Shown here: in pieces, positions 52,876 to 64,000 of the stretch
How the letters are laid out: each line of letters begins with the position of its first letter
How positions within the stretch are numbered: the stretch's first letter is position 1
Origin: Octopus sinensis
Lineage: Eukaryota
Assembly (NCBI RefSeq): GCF_006345805.1
Contig: NC_043010.1
Span: 29,016,001-29,080,000, forward strand
DNA: 64,000 nucleotides
Reading direction: 5' to 3'
Position numbers and translations under genes: made by a program
Notes under the pieces: model-generated
The model's input: only the letters and a program-made list of their open reading frames with translations
The model's database searches: none
What the model was told of the DNA's origin: nothing

Positions 52876-53057
52876 GAAAAATGACCTTTTATCAATTCAA
52901 TAATGAAAGATTAAATTATACCATTTAGAAAAATTACATCTTATAGAAAGATTAAATATAAGATAAAACATATAACAATGATTAAGTTGCAAAATAATAA
53001 ATAAAACGTATACCATCTAGAAAGGAATATATTTTAAAACTTATTAATAATATTAAG

Positions 53058-53117
<60 letters not shown>

Positions 53118-53168
53118 CTTTAATATTATTAATAAGTTTTAAAATATATTCCTTTCTAGATGGTATAC

Positions 53169-53202
<34 letters not shown>

Positions 53203-53207
53203 ATATA

Positions 53208-53241
<34 letters not shown>

Positions 53242-53249
53242 ATATATAT

Positions 53250-53285
<36 letters not shown>

Positions 53286-53605
53286 CAAATTAGTAAATAT
53301 ATATATATTAGCGGGAAGCCACCATGTGGACACCCGTATGCTAGAAATAGATCCGCTACGGTCTCACCACCAAGAAATGTTCTCAAGAATAATTTAGCAA
53401 AACAACCAAAACGTAATCGAGCAAGACAAAAGAAAAAAGTAATAAAAATATGAATTATTCGTATACATGTTTCACTATCAACGAATTACGCAATTTTACG
53501 TAACTTACGTAATTGTCAGTAGATCATTGGTACGACCGTCCAAGGTGAATATAATTATATATATATATATATATATATCAATCAATTTAATACATAACCG
53601 AAACA

Positions 53606-53641
<36 letters not shown>

Positions 53642-53744
53642 GAATTCAAGATTTGTAAACAGTTTGAAAATGTCTGTTCTCTGTGTTTCAATTTCAAGTT
53701 GTTTTCGGAGTTTGTATATCAAAGTCTGTTTTCTTCCTTTGTAG

Positions 53745-54232
53745 GGACATTTGACACTGGGAGTTTGATACATATGAGTGGTGGAGATGCACCCAACATT
53801 ACGTTTGATGACATTCCTTCTGATGATGACGTAAATAAAACCAGTACTACAATAAATACCAGTGGTGCAACTGAAACAAGCACTACACCGCAAACCAGTG
53901 GCACAACAAAAACTCCTGCAACACCCATGTGCTCTTGTGCTTGTGAAGATGTGACACAGCAGCCCCCCACTGAGGAGGAGTTGGAAATTCTTAAGGATAA
54001 CTTAAAAAAAGAGCTTGCCGTGGATAAAAAGAAACTGTCCAAAACGATTCGAGCCAAAACCAGTGCCCCGGACGAACGACAATCGGCTCAAGGTATAGGA
54101 TTTATTGGTGTGGTACTTCTATCTGCTCTGCCTATCTTCATCTTCATTATAGACCTCCCACAACTCTATGCGGACCTGAAGACTTTTTACACGAATGTTT
54201 CTAGTTTGTGTTCCAATAGGACTCCAAGCTAG
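53745..54232 (+). CDS. Terminal exon of a single-pass membrane protein (Thr-rich stalk, CSCAC, coiled coil, TM helix)
   Basis: Acceptor ttttcttcctttgtAG, phase 1; open frame to TAG; LAVDKKKLSKTIRAKTSAPDERQSA followed by hydrophobic GIGFIGVVLLSALPIFIFIIDL, a C-terminal module I recall from mollusc proteins. Confidence 0.88.
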
Positions 54233-54367
54233 ACTTTCATCCGCCAATTTTCTGGACGTAACGAGGAACTATTTCACGAGATACTGGTATATACATACCT
54301 ACAAAGCATGTACGTATGTATATGTGTATGTATAAATGTATATACGTATGATGCGTATATGTATGAA

Positions 54368-54421
54368 TCAACAACAAATTTACCTATAATTTTTCCTGCG
54401 TGGAAATACACCTCTCTTTTG

Positions 54422-54483
<62 letters not shown>

Positions 54484-56045
54484 AGAGGTGTATTCCATGC
54501 AGGAAAAATTATAGGCAAATTGTTATTGAAAATGCACTTAAATTTGAAAAACTTGTAATTGTTTAAAATAAATTTACTTACATATATTCCAAACTAGTTT
54601 CAACAATATTTTTTTGTTTATCAATAGTAAAAATTAAGAATTATGAATTAGAAAAGTATATTAAAAAGTTTCAATGTTGACAAATTTAAATGTTCATAGC
54701 AGACAAATTTAGAATTATGAATTAGAAAAACATGTTCAAAAATTTCGATGTCGACAAAGTTAAATTTTCATAATAGTCAATAATATTAAAACTGTGCACC
54801 AATTTCTTTGAATGTACAAAGTTCATTAGTCTTAGTAGTGATCGACAAGAAACTCATATTGAGTTAAGAAGGGAAAAAAACAAGGGAGAAATGAAGATAG
54901 TAAAAAAAGGGATTTGGCTTATAATTTCTCTGATCCTCTTTCCGTCGTGTGTAGGAACTTTCACTTGTGGCGATGTGTTTTGGAATCCGGTCTATTTATA
55001 ATTTTTTGATTCGTTAATGAACTGTTGACGTCTTGTTTTTCCAGTGGTCAAGTTTGTAGTTCTGCATGGTTGGCTTCCCTGTGGAGGACGGTCATCGGTC
55101 GTTCCGGTTGGTTGATTCTCTTAAAGGGTCATTTTACTGCATTTGCTGAAGTTCGGTTTTGATTGGTCTAGAGTTAGGCGACGTCAGCAACAGGTGTTTG
55201 TAAAATTTCATTGGTTTAGATAGGTGATGTCGGCAACTGGTGTTTGTATGGTGTTATTGTATGGCGATTTGGAGTTGCGGTTTCGAAACCCGGGTGGAAG
55301 ACGGTTACTAAAGTTTTTAAAATTGTTTGTTGTTCCTGGTTGTTTTTTGTGGAGAAGTTGAGTCATTTTTTCTTTTTTTCTTTAGTGTTTTTTCTTTTCC
55401 CTAAAGGATTTTCAGCTGTGGTTTATGTTTTTTAATGAGTATACTTTCCTTTTTTAAACGGAATTGGGTTGAAGCTTTTCCGGGGCAGTGATAGAGAGGG
55501 AAGATTTGGTATTTCAGGATTGGTCTTGGTGTTAGCTTACGAAAATTTTCCTAGTTGTGGGGTCCCGGATTTTTTGCCTGTGCACCGTTAGTCTGTCCCT
55601 CAAGGTTAAACTAGTTTGACCTGTGTAGTCTAGACTCAGTATGACTGGAACTTTGATGATGTTCATTTCTTGTCGATCACCACTAATACTAATGGACTTT
55701 GTACATTCAAAGAAATTGATGCACAGTTTTAATATTATTGACTGTTATGAACATTTAAACTTGTCAACATCGAAGTCTTTGAACATGTTTTTCTAATTCA
55801 TAATTCTAAATTTGTCCGTTATGAACATTTAAATTTGTCAAGATTGAAACTTTTAAATATGTTTTCTGATTCATAATTCTAAATTTTTACCATAGATAAA
55901 CAAAAAAATATTGTTGAAACTAGTTTTGTATATATGTAAATATATTTATTTTAAACAATTACGAGTTTTTCAAATTTAAGTGTATTTTCAACAACAAATT
56001 TGACTATATATATATATTTAGATTAATATTTCCTCAAATAATAAT

Positions 56046-56100
<55 letters not shown>

Positions 56101-56173
56101 AAGTTAATTAAAAACCAGTTTAATCTTGGATATTTTTTATCTCTCCGAGGATTATATCCTCACCTGTACTTTG

Positions 56174-56204
<31 letters not shown>

Positions 56205-56222
56205 TGTATGTATGTATGTATG

Positions 56223-56257
<35 letters not shown>

Positions 56258-56560
56258 TTGTATGCGTGCGAGTATTATGTACGTATGTAAATATATGTGT
56301 AAATATGCATCGATGTGTATTTCCTATTTATAGCTATGCACGTTTCTATTTTTGTAATTATGCATTTGTGCATTCAACGATGTATGATACAGACTTTTGC
56401 TAGTCGTGAGGTCCCGGATTTGTTGTATGTGCACCGTTAGTCTGTCCCTCAAGGTTAAACTAGTTTGACCTGTGGAGTCTTAGCTTAGTATGACTGAAAC
56501 TTTGATGATATTCATTGTCGACCACCACTAACACTAATGGACTTTGTACATTCAAACAAT
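54368..56560. repeat. Cluster of inverted and direct copies of a (TA)n-tailed repeat
   Basis: IR 54373-54419/54480-54524; long IR ~54515-54860/55665-56005; direct repeat 55555-55725/56400-56560. Confidence 0.85.
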
Positions 56561-57802
56561 TGATGCACATATGTATATGTATGCATTTGCGAATGAGTGC
56601 ATGTATGAAAACTTATATATGTATTTTTGTATCAATATATACACGCACATATATGCATTTATATAGACAATATAGAAAATATACACCGAACTGGGCTATG
56701 AACAACATCATCAAAATAAAATTCACGTCTTTTTGCGTGGAGAGCGTTCGTCAGTTGAAGACACAGAATAGCTATTCATATTACATTAAGAACTGTTGAC
56801 TTTTTATGTAAACTGCAAATAGCAAATTTCTTGAAATGCGCATGGATTGGTCAAGATGGAATTTATTAATTAAATGTGCACGAAAAAGTGATTATGACCG
56901 TCGAATTCTATGCATGCTAGTGATAAAACGTGGCCTTGCAAAAAAATGTATCTTTATAGCGAATGACATCATTAGTCATGCAATGATATCATACGTTTTT
57001 ACACATATAGTACAAAGAGAATTTCTTTTTCTAGATACTTACTACAACGAAGATCTTTCCATTTTTTGAGTCTATACAAACGTGTTAGATATAAAATTAC
57101 ACTGCTTAGTGGGCATTTAGTTACTGTTTCACTGCTGTAGTTACAGTGTCACAGGACTTTGAGTACGACAGCATATATACCTTTTACTGATTACATGACA
57201 GATCGGCAGTTATTATCGAATTATGAACGGTTTCGGTGAATGTAAGTCATGAAGCATAATTACACAGAAGCACATGTCATACAGTTCGATGGCATCATTT
57301 ATATTCCAGTCCGGTATATCAGTTCAGTATGTGTTCATGCATAGCAACAAAAATAAATTTTGTTTACTTCGTTTTGTAATCACTTTTAGAACGACCGGTG
57401 TAAAATATTACCATTCTATGGTTCTCTAACTCAATCCTTATTGCAATAAACTTCCTTCTTGTCTTTGTTCTCTCTTATTCAATCTCCAACACTTCTTCAC
57501 TATTTCTATTGATATGTGCTCTCATTTTAAAATACCCTTTCATCCTTTATATATATATATTTTTTTTCCTCCTTTTTAAAAATTTTTTTTAGATCAAAGT
57601 GGACGCATTACTATTCAAAGGCCACGCGTGTATGCATATACATATATATGTATGATAATATGTAGGTGTGTTTCAGTGTTTGCATGTGTGCGTTTGTGTG
57701 TGTATTTGTGAGTGTGCATACATACATACATATATATATATATACATAAACTACATGCATGTATATATATGTATACGTGTATACGTGTGTGACTATAATA
57801 TA

Positions 57803-57849
<47 letters not shown>

Positions 57850-57850
<1 letters not shown>

Positions 57851-58020
57851 AAGGGAAACTTTACGAAAACAAACAAAAAACGAAGGCAGGTGGTGCACAA
57901 ACAAACAAATGTATTAGTATAGCGCTCAGGAATAGAAAAAGTATTTTACGTTTCGAGCCTACGCTCTTCTACAGAAAGATACACAGAAAAAAACAAGGAG
58001 AGAAAAAAAAAGTGTGTAGT
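57850..58020 (-). repeat. PLE pseudo-LTR 3' end (family of 37-39 kb)
   Basis: Reverse complement of the hammerhead-to-(TA)n segment. Confidence 0.8.
57942..57979 (-). ncRNA. Hammerhead motif, CUGUAGA core
   Basis: tcttt-CTGTAGA-A-GAGC-gtag-GCTC-GAAAC-GTA-aaata. Confidence 0.6.
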
Positions 58021-58089
58021 AGCTAGTGTGTGTTTGTATGTGTGTGCATGTGTGTATATGTGTATGGATATAAATGTAGATGTGACTAA

Positions 58090-58500
58090 AATAAATAAAA
58101 CCAATGATGACCGGTGTTCTTTGAGACTATAAATGTCCGCTCCGTAAATTCTCATAGAAGTTTACGTATTCTCCGGCACCAATTCCCACTATTACCTACT
58201 TTTATCTTAATGTCTATAGTTGTAAATTGCATTTTCATCGTCACCTTGTTCTGTAATATTCGTTATTATTTTTTTAACACATCCACTTTGTTCTTTTTAT
58301 ATCTCGGTAACTTCGTTTACAGTTTCTCTCGCATGGGAAGCAATTGATTTTTCTACAAGTCATCGTTTAACTTTGAATAGAAGAATATTGCCTGATGAGT
58401 GCGTGAATTGCATATTGTATGATGATGTCCAATATATTGTATCAGCTTGCATTAAAATAAAGATCCCCAGCGAAAAAATTGCGGCAAAATTTAAAATCCA
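58090..58500 (-). mobile_element. Possible PLE Cys-linker/GIY-YIG remnant
   Basis: CRKINCFPC, NAIY, EYV..NLR and KEHRSS across frameshifts, directly upstream of the pLTR. Confidence 0.4.
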
Positions 58501-58819
58501 TTCGTTTGTTTATTAATATTTCGCGCTACACCTAGGTTTCAGCTGTTCGCCGAACTACTAGAAAACAATTTGAATTGCAAATTACTCACCAGCTGTATCC
58601 AGTCTTCATCGTTCCTTCCTACGTTGTCCTGTGTGATTCAGTCGAGCCAATCGGTGGCTTACTACACGTTGAGGTGCCACGATCTTTTTATAAATCCTGT
58701 ATAACTGAAATACACACATACACACACACAAGCACACACTCACACATTAGATATGTATGTGAGTGTGTGTGGGTGTGTACTCGCGTGTGTGGATCTATAT
58801 TTATGTTTGTAAGTATGTA

Positions 58820-59232
58820 TATAGGTATACTCTTTACTCTTTTACTCTTTTACTTGTTTCAGTCATTTGACTGCGGCCATGCTGGAGCACCACCTTTAGT
58901 CGATCAAATCGACCCCGGGACTTATTCTTTGTAAGCCCAGTACTTATTCTATCGGTCTCTTTTGCCGAACCGCCAAGTGACGGGGACGTAAACACACCAG
59001 CATCGGTTGTCAAGCAATGCTAGTGGGACAAACAGAGACACACAACCCCCCCACACGCATATATATATATACATATATACGACAGGCTTCTTTCAGTTTC
59101 CGTCTACCAAATCCACTCACAAGGCATTGGTCGGCCCGGGGCTATAGCAGAAGACACTTGCCCAAGATGCCACGCAGTGGGACTGAACCCGGAACCATGT
59201 GGTTGGTTAGCAAGCTACTTACCACACAGCCA
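58820..59232 (-). mobile_element. Long octopus-type tRNA SINE, near full length
   Basis: Reverse complement of the 22890 family. Confidence 0.9.
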
Positions 59233-59279
59233 CTCCTTCTCTTTCTTCCGGTCATTTCATCATGTTGAATCGTTAACCC

Positions 59280-59420
59280 CAATACACTTTTTCTCTTTCC
59301 GTTTTTTCCTTCTCTCTCCATTTTTCCCTTTCAGTCTTTTCAATCGAAGAGCGTAGGTTCGAAACGCCAAAGACTTTTTCATTCATCCCGAACGTCAAAC
59401 TAATACACCCGCTTGTAGTT
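59280..59420 (+). repeat. PLE pLTR fragment with decayed hammerhead (59334-59374)
   Basis: gtcttt-t-CAATCGA-AGAGC-gtag-GTTC-GAAAC-GCC-aaagac. Confidence 0.55.
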
Positions 59421-59529
59421 TCCTCCCATATACTCATACATATACACTTGCACAATACTACACGCATACATACAAATGCACATACCCACACGCCCTCGGG
59501 TATGTATTCATATAATAATATAATGGGCA

Positions 59530-60085
59530 TGTAAGGCGGTTGAGTATCGTCATGAAGAATGATTGACCCTCTTCTGTTGACCAGTATGGGGCAGAGGAGT
59601 AGAAGTTTTTCGTTTATTTTGGCAATTTCATGGCAACATGTTTCTGCAGTAATGGTTTTTCGGGGTTTTAAGAAATTATAGTGGATGAGTCCAGTAGTAC
59701 ACCACCAAACGGTCACCATAACCTTCTTCTTGAAGAGCTCGGGTTTAGGGAAGGTTTCCGGTGCTTCCTTTTGGTCTAACTACTACGAAAAATGTTTTTT
59801 TATTATAGTACCGAATCCACTTTTCATTGCAAGTTAGAATACGGTGGAGAAATGGATCGGTCTGGTTACAGAGAAAAAGCGACGAGCAAATTTCATATCT
59901 GCACATTTTCTGATTTCCGTTCAAATCGTGTGGTACCCATTTGTCGAGCCTTTTTGATTTTCCGAACGCATGCAAATGGTTGCAGGCAGTTTTCTGGCTA
60001 ACTTGAAGTTCTTTTGTCAGATCTCGAGTGGTTTTACGTTGATCTTTCTCAATGACGGTCTTTAATTGACCGTCATCGATGACAG
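59530..60085 (-). mobile_element. Mariner transposase fragment
   Basis: KWVPHDL, RILTCNEKW, VTVWWC, IILHDDTQP. Confidence 0.9.
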
Positions 60086-60109
60086 TAGAATGGTAGAATG
60101 GGTGAAGTG

Positions 60110-60535
60110 GAAGGCAATCAGTAGTGATAGGAGGGAGGAAGTAGGTAGCTCGATAAAGATGCATGGAGTGTTGAAGCAAGGAAAAGCAAGAAGTGATGAG
60201 TCAGATCAAGAAGACAGAGGGGGTGAGTGATGAGGGCACTGAGAGAATTAGAAGTAGAAGTGGAGAGTTGGAAGATTAGAAGGAGGGATAGGATGGGTAG
60301 TACTTTGACAATAAATGTTAATAGTTAAGGATGGTGGGGATATAGAGTTAAGAGAAACTGGAATAGAGGGGGTGGACAAAGAAGGCAAAAAGGAGTGATA
60401 AGTTGAAGAAGAGGCTAGAAGATGGGGAAAGAATTCGCAGTATGAGGAGGGATGTGCAAAGATAATCTTAAGAAGAAATAGTTAGTTGAGAGGGTGGTAT
60501 TAGTGGAAGGGATACGTTGCCAGTGCGATTAAGTT
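60110..60535 (-). mobile_element. Probable CR1-like LINE fragment
   Basis: Purine-rich + strand and weak post-RT similarity. Confidence 0.4.
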
Positions 60536-60544
60536 GTAACTTAA

Positions 60545-60990
60545 CCTTTAACGGGTCGAAATCTTCTTCATACATTAAGGACCGAAATGGGTTATTTTGA
60601 CCTGTGACTTTTTTTTATTTTACTGAGCACCAAATGATATTCATTGTTCTGTCATTGTCAAAAGTGTTTATTTCGAACACAGAAAGAAAGAAAAATAAAC
60701 TGAAACTCACTTTATTATTTTTATTCCACACAATCTTTGTAGGCTGGAAGTCCCTTGTGTTCCTTGCACATTGGTTTGGCACATTCAGAGCAATGCGTAT
60801 TTGTCCTTCGATCTTTTCCGACACATAATGCGCATCGAAATCATCCATCTCTTGGGGACACCTCCGTTAGAAAGTACAAGAACTAATGGAACATCAACTC
60901 TCAATGCGGAAGCACAGGTCTGAATACTCTTTTGCAACTCCTGTATTCCAGTTGTAATTTGCAAGAGTATTTCAAGTTGTTCTCTCAGAA
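60545..60990 (-). mobile_element. piggyBac-like transposon 3' end
   Basis: TTAA|CCTTT terminus at 60541; a minus frame absent from the ORF track reads RCALCVGKDRRTNTHCSECAKPMCKEH..DCVE-stop (Cys-rich domain). Confidence 0.72.
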
Positions 60991-60994
60991 GTTC

Positions 60995-61235
60995 TTGTAT
61001 GTTTCGAGTCGCTTTTGTACTCATAAAGCATTATGTGCCTCAAATGCTCTTTAGATACTTCCATGTTAGAAAGGGTTTTAATCAAAAAAATTTTAATTCT
61101 CTTATTCTGTAAAATAATATTTAATTAGTTTAAATGTACACAAATGCATAAAAATAATTTTATATTCCATTAGACATTCTAAAATACTATTAAATTTTAA
61201 AAAAGGTAAAATAGGACAGAACTTATAAGATCATC
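60995..61235 (-). mobile_element. 5' end of a mariner of the 33657-34940 family
   Basis: Matches 34670-34940, including the TIR ggacagaacttat. Confidence 0.9.
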
Positions 61236-61251
61236 TGATTGATATATATAT

Positions 61252-61301
<50 letters not shown>

Positions 61302-61351
61302 TATGTGTGTGTGCGCGCGTATATATGTGAATATATATATATGTGTATGTA

Positions 61352-61449
<98 letters not shown>

Positions 61450-61658
61450 TATATATATAATACACGTACATATGTAATGTGTACGTGCTCATGTGAAAAA
61501 GCATTCACACACACACACGCACATTCACACACAAGTACGCACATGTTCATACGAAAACGCACACACTGTCACGCACACTCGAAAGTACACACGAAAATAT
61601 TTTCACCTGAAAAGACTACGCATTCATTTTATACAACGCACCCAATGAATGCATACTA

Positions 61659-61694
<36 letters not shown>

Positions 61695-61743
61695 TATATG
61701 CATGCAATATAATATATAATATATACATTTATACGCATATATA

Positions 61744-61779
<36 letters not shown>

Positions 61780-61784
<5 letters not shown>

Positions 61785-62364
61785 AATTACTAAGTCTCTC
61801 TAAAAGAGATTACGGCAGCGTTACTGGAAATTAATTGTTATCGCCATATTAATATGGTAGTCTTATAGATATAAGACTAAAAGCTGTCGCTGATTAGCTC
61901 CATGAGGCCATCGCCTTAAGAAGCTATTTGACACACAAACTGTGTCCATTATAACCTTCGAACAAGGGAGGTCAGCCGCTTCACACTGCCAGTCAGACAG
62001 CTACAGACGCGTTTCAGGGTATTTGCCCTTTGTCAATGTAGCGTAGGCGATTAATTCCACCCTTCTATCTGAAATCTATAGATTACGTTGTTTTCAGAGA
62101 TGTTGATGACTGCTGTATATGGTGAGTTACACGCACAACACGCCACAGGCTTTTTTCGAACATAAAATATATATCCGCTTGTTTAATGTTATGTTTAATG
62201 TTATGTTTAATGTTATGGCCATAACATTAAACAAGCGGATATATATTTTATGTTCGATAAAAGCCTGTGGCGTGTTGTGCGTGTAACTCACCATATACAC
62301 CAGTCATCAACATCTCTGAAAACAACGTAATCTATAGATTTCAGATAGAAGGGTGGAATTAATC
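61780..62364 (-). mobile_element. (TA)n-tailed PLE-like terminal repeat with hammerhead and 5' foldback
   Basis: Homology to 33300-33545; hammerhead at 62000-62042; palindrome at 62049-62364. Confidence 0.7.
62000..62042 (-). ncRNA. Type I hammerhead with U3-A8 core
   Basis: GCTACA-TTGACAA-AGGG-caaata-CCCT-GAAAC-GC-GTC-TGTAGC. Confidence 0.75.
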
Positions 62365-62848
62365 AAACTATAAATATTAAAGAGATATAACAAAAGTAAT
62401 CACACAGAAGAAGAACAACAGCGAAGATAAATTCATTAAATTTATATTTAGAAATTGTTACCCATTGAATCGTAATTTTGAGTTTCATGTTTCGGAAAGA
62501 AAAATTATAAATGCAGAAAATTTTATTTAAAAACATACAGAAACATCCCGAAACAAGAACGAAATCAAAGAAATATCTTTTATAAAGAAATGGCGTTGCA
62601 TGCATCGTGTTTACTGGAGATTTTTTTGGTCTCCTGTTTGGTAAGTTGGAGTATAATTTAATTGAGATATTTAGAATTTGATCGATTGATTAACTGAAAA
62701 TTTGGATTAATTCTTATGCATTTTTGTGACCGTTGGCGATTTGATTTTGCTTTTTATGTTTTGCTAAACTGCAAAGAGAAGGGCATTTTTCTTCTATTCA
62801 CTGGGTACTAATGTATATATTTATTCTATGTGTGTGTGTGTGTGTGTT

Positions 62849-63000
62849 CTGGCGTGGGGCCTGGTGATAAGAGTGCTGCACTCATGATCGTAAAATTGTG
62901 GTTTCGATTACTGGAAATGGTGATATATTTTGCTCTTGAACACAATACTTCATTTCACGTTACTCCAGTCCACTCAAAGAGCAAAAATAAGTATTCCGGC
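62849..63000 (+). mobile_element. Old tRNA-derived SINE
   Basis: Degenerate A/B boxes (tggtgataagag..gtttcgatt) and ctccagtccactca core. Confidence 0.5.
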
Positions 63001-64000
63001 GTCGGACTAGGGTCCCGCTCAGTGGGAGATTTATATACACCACACACACACTCATGTATATAATTAGGCCTGTCTGCAAAAAATTTTCTTCCCCCAAATT
63101 TTTTGTTTATGGAGAAATGTTCTCCGTGCAGGCACCAGTCTTGTGCTACCATCGATTGATAATTCTGGTTATCCTTCGAGTGATTATGTATTAATGTTTA
63201 TGGTTGGTTACTTTAACCATTCTTAGTACTTTCCACTTCTGAAAGTTCAGTTGTCCCTGTAAAGGCTTCATTATTTTTGCTATAGGAGAAGTAATTAATA
63301 GTTTAAAGAAAACAGAGAATACAAATAGAATATTTCCTTTTTAAATCCTTATACAGTCATATTAAGTTCTTCTTTTGCCTACGTGACGTTTCAACCATTT
63401 GTTAGTGTTCATACTTGCTCTTTAAAGTGCGTTATGATGTAATAAATAAGCAATGGTCATTTTAACTGCTATTTTTCATTTCTCCCGAATGGAGAATTAT
63501 TCTAATTGAATGGGAAAACTTTTGTTCCCTTATTCAACTGCATGGTAGATACTGTTCTAAAAATAACTCAAAACTGACTTTTTGACCCGACTGGTCAAGG
63601 GAGGAAATTGTCGCCAAAATCTAGGTCATGTTACTATTCTTCGATTTTGGTTTTTTGATAAAAAAACATTAATCATTGTTTTTTGTAAGGTAGTCAGGAC
63701 TTTCATTCGATTACTACTAATTTTATACTGTTCGTGCATCAGGCCCTTAAGGTGTTTTTCTGTGTTTTTATTATTCATAATTTAATATTTTAATACTGGT
63801 AGGTACTTGATTGTATTCGTTCTTATGCTATTGTTATTTATATAATCGCTATTGTTATTAGTATTAATATTATTTGTAATTATTAATGTGTTAATATGAA
63901 TAGATAAGTTCGTTATATTTTTTCGTATATCTAATTTATATTATGGATACCCAATTTATTGATATCATATTTTTAGTCTCATAATATTTATTTATCATAT

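Noticed and set aside
55630-55690. Hammerhead in the 54-56 kb repeat (TTGATGA..GATC)
   Set aside because: GAAA and stems are not conserved in the copies present.
58388-58425. CTGATGA as a hammerhead core
   Set aside because: No GAAAC or NUH site after the potential stem II.

Overview
AT-rich, repeat-dense animal genomic DNA, very probably an octopus: it carries octopus-type tRNA SINEs, very abundant (TA)n/(TACA)n/(AAT)n/(GAT)n microsatellites and a mollusc-type membrane-protein gene. The species assignment comes from family recognition, not a database search. Most of the window is decayed transposons: R4/Dong-like RLE LINEs, an RTE, a Tx1/L1, CR1-like pieces, Penelope-like elements (PLEs), mariner/Tc1, piggyBac, a CMC-like piece, Gypsy gag-pro, MITEs and SINEs. 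One host gene is supported on the + strand by two phase-1 exons (PAN/apple-like exon 44072-44317; terminal exon 53745-54232 with stalk, CxCxC, coiled coil and TM helix). The main unexplained structure is a non-coding element made of a tRNA-derived Pol III head, an (AAT)n linker and a type I hammerhead ribozyme. It is inserted as a head-to-head inverted dimer inside a 12-bp TSD (43393-44034), and the same asymmetric junction recurs at 48.4 kb. Nine hammerhead motifs from about four families were read by eye, including U6 and U3-A8 core variants. No ribozyme activity or novelty has been tested here. Edges of decayed elements are approximate.
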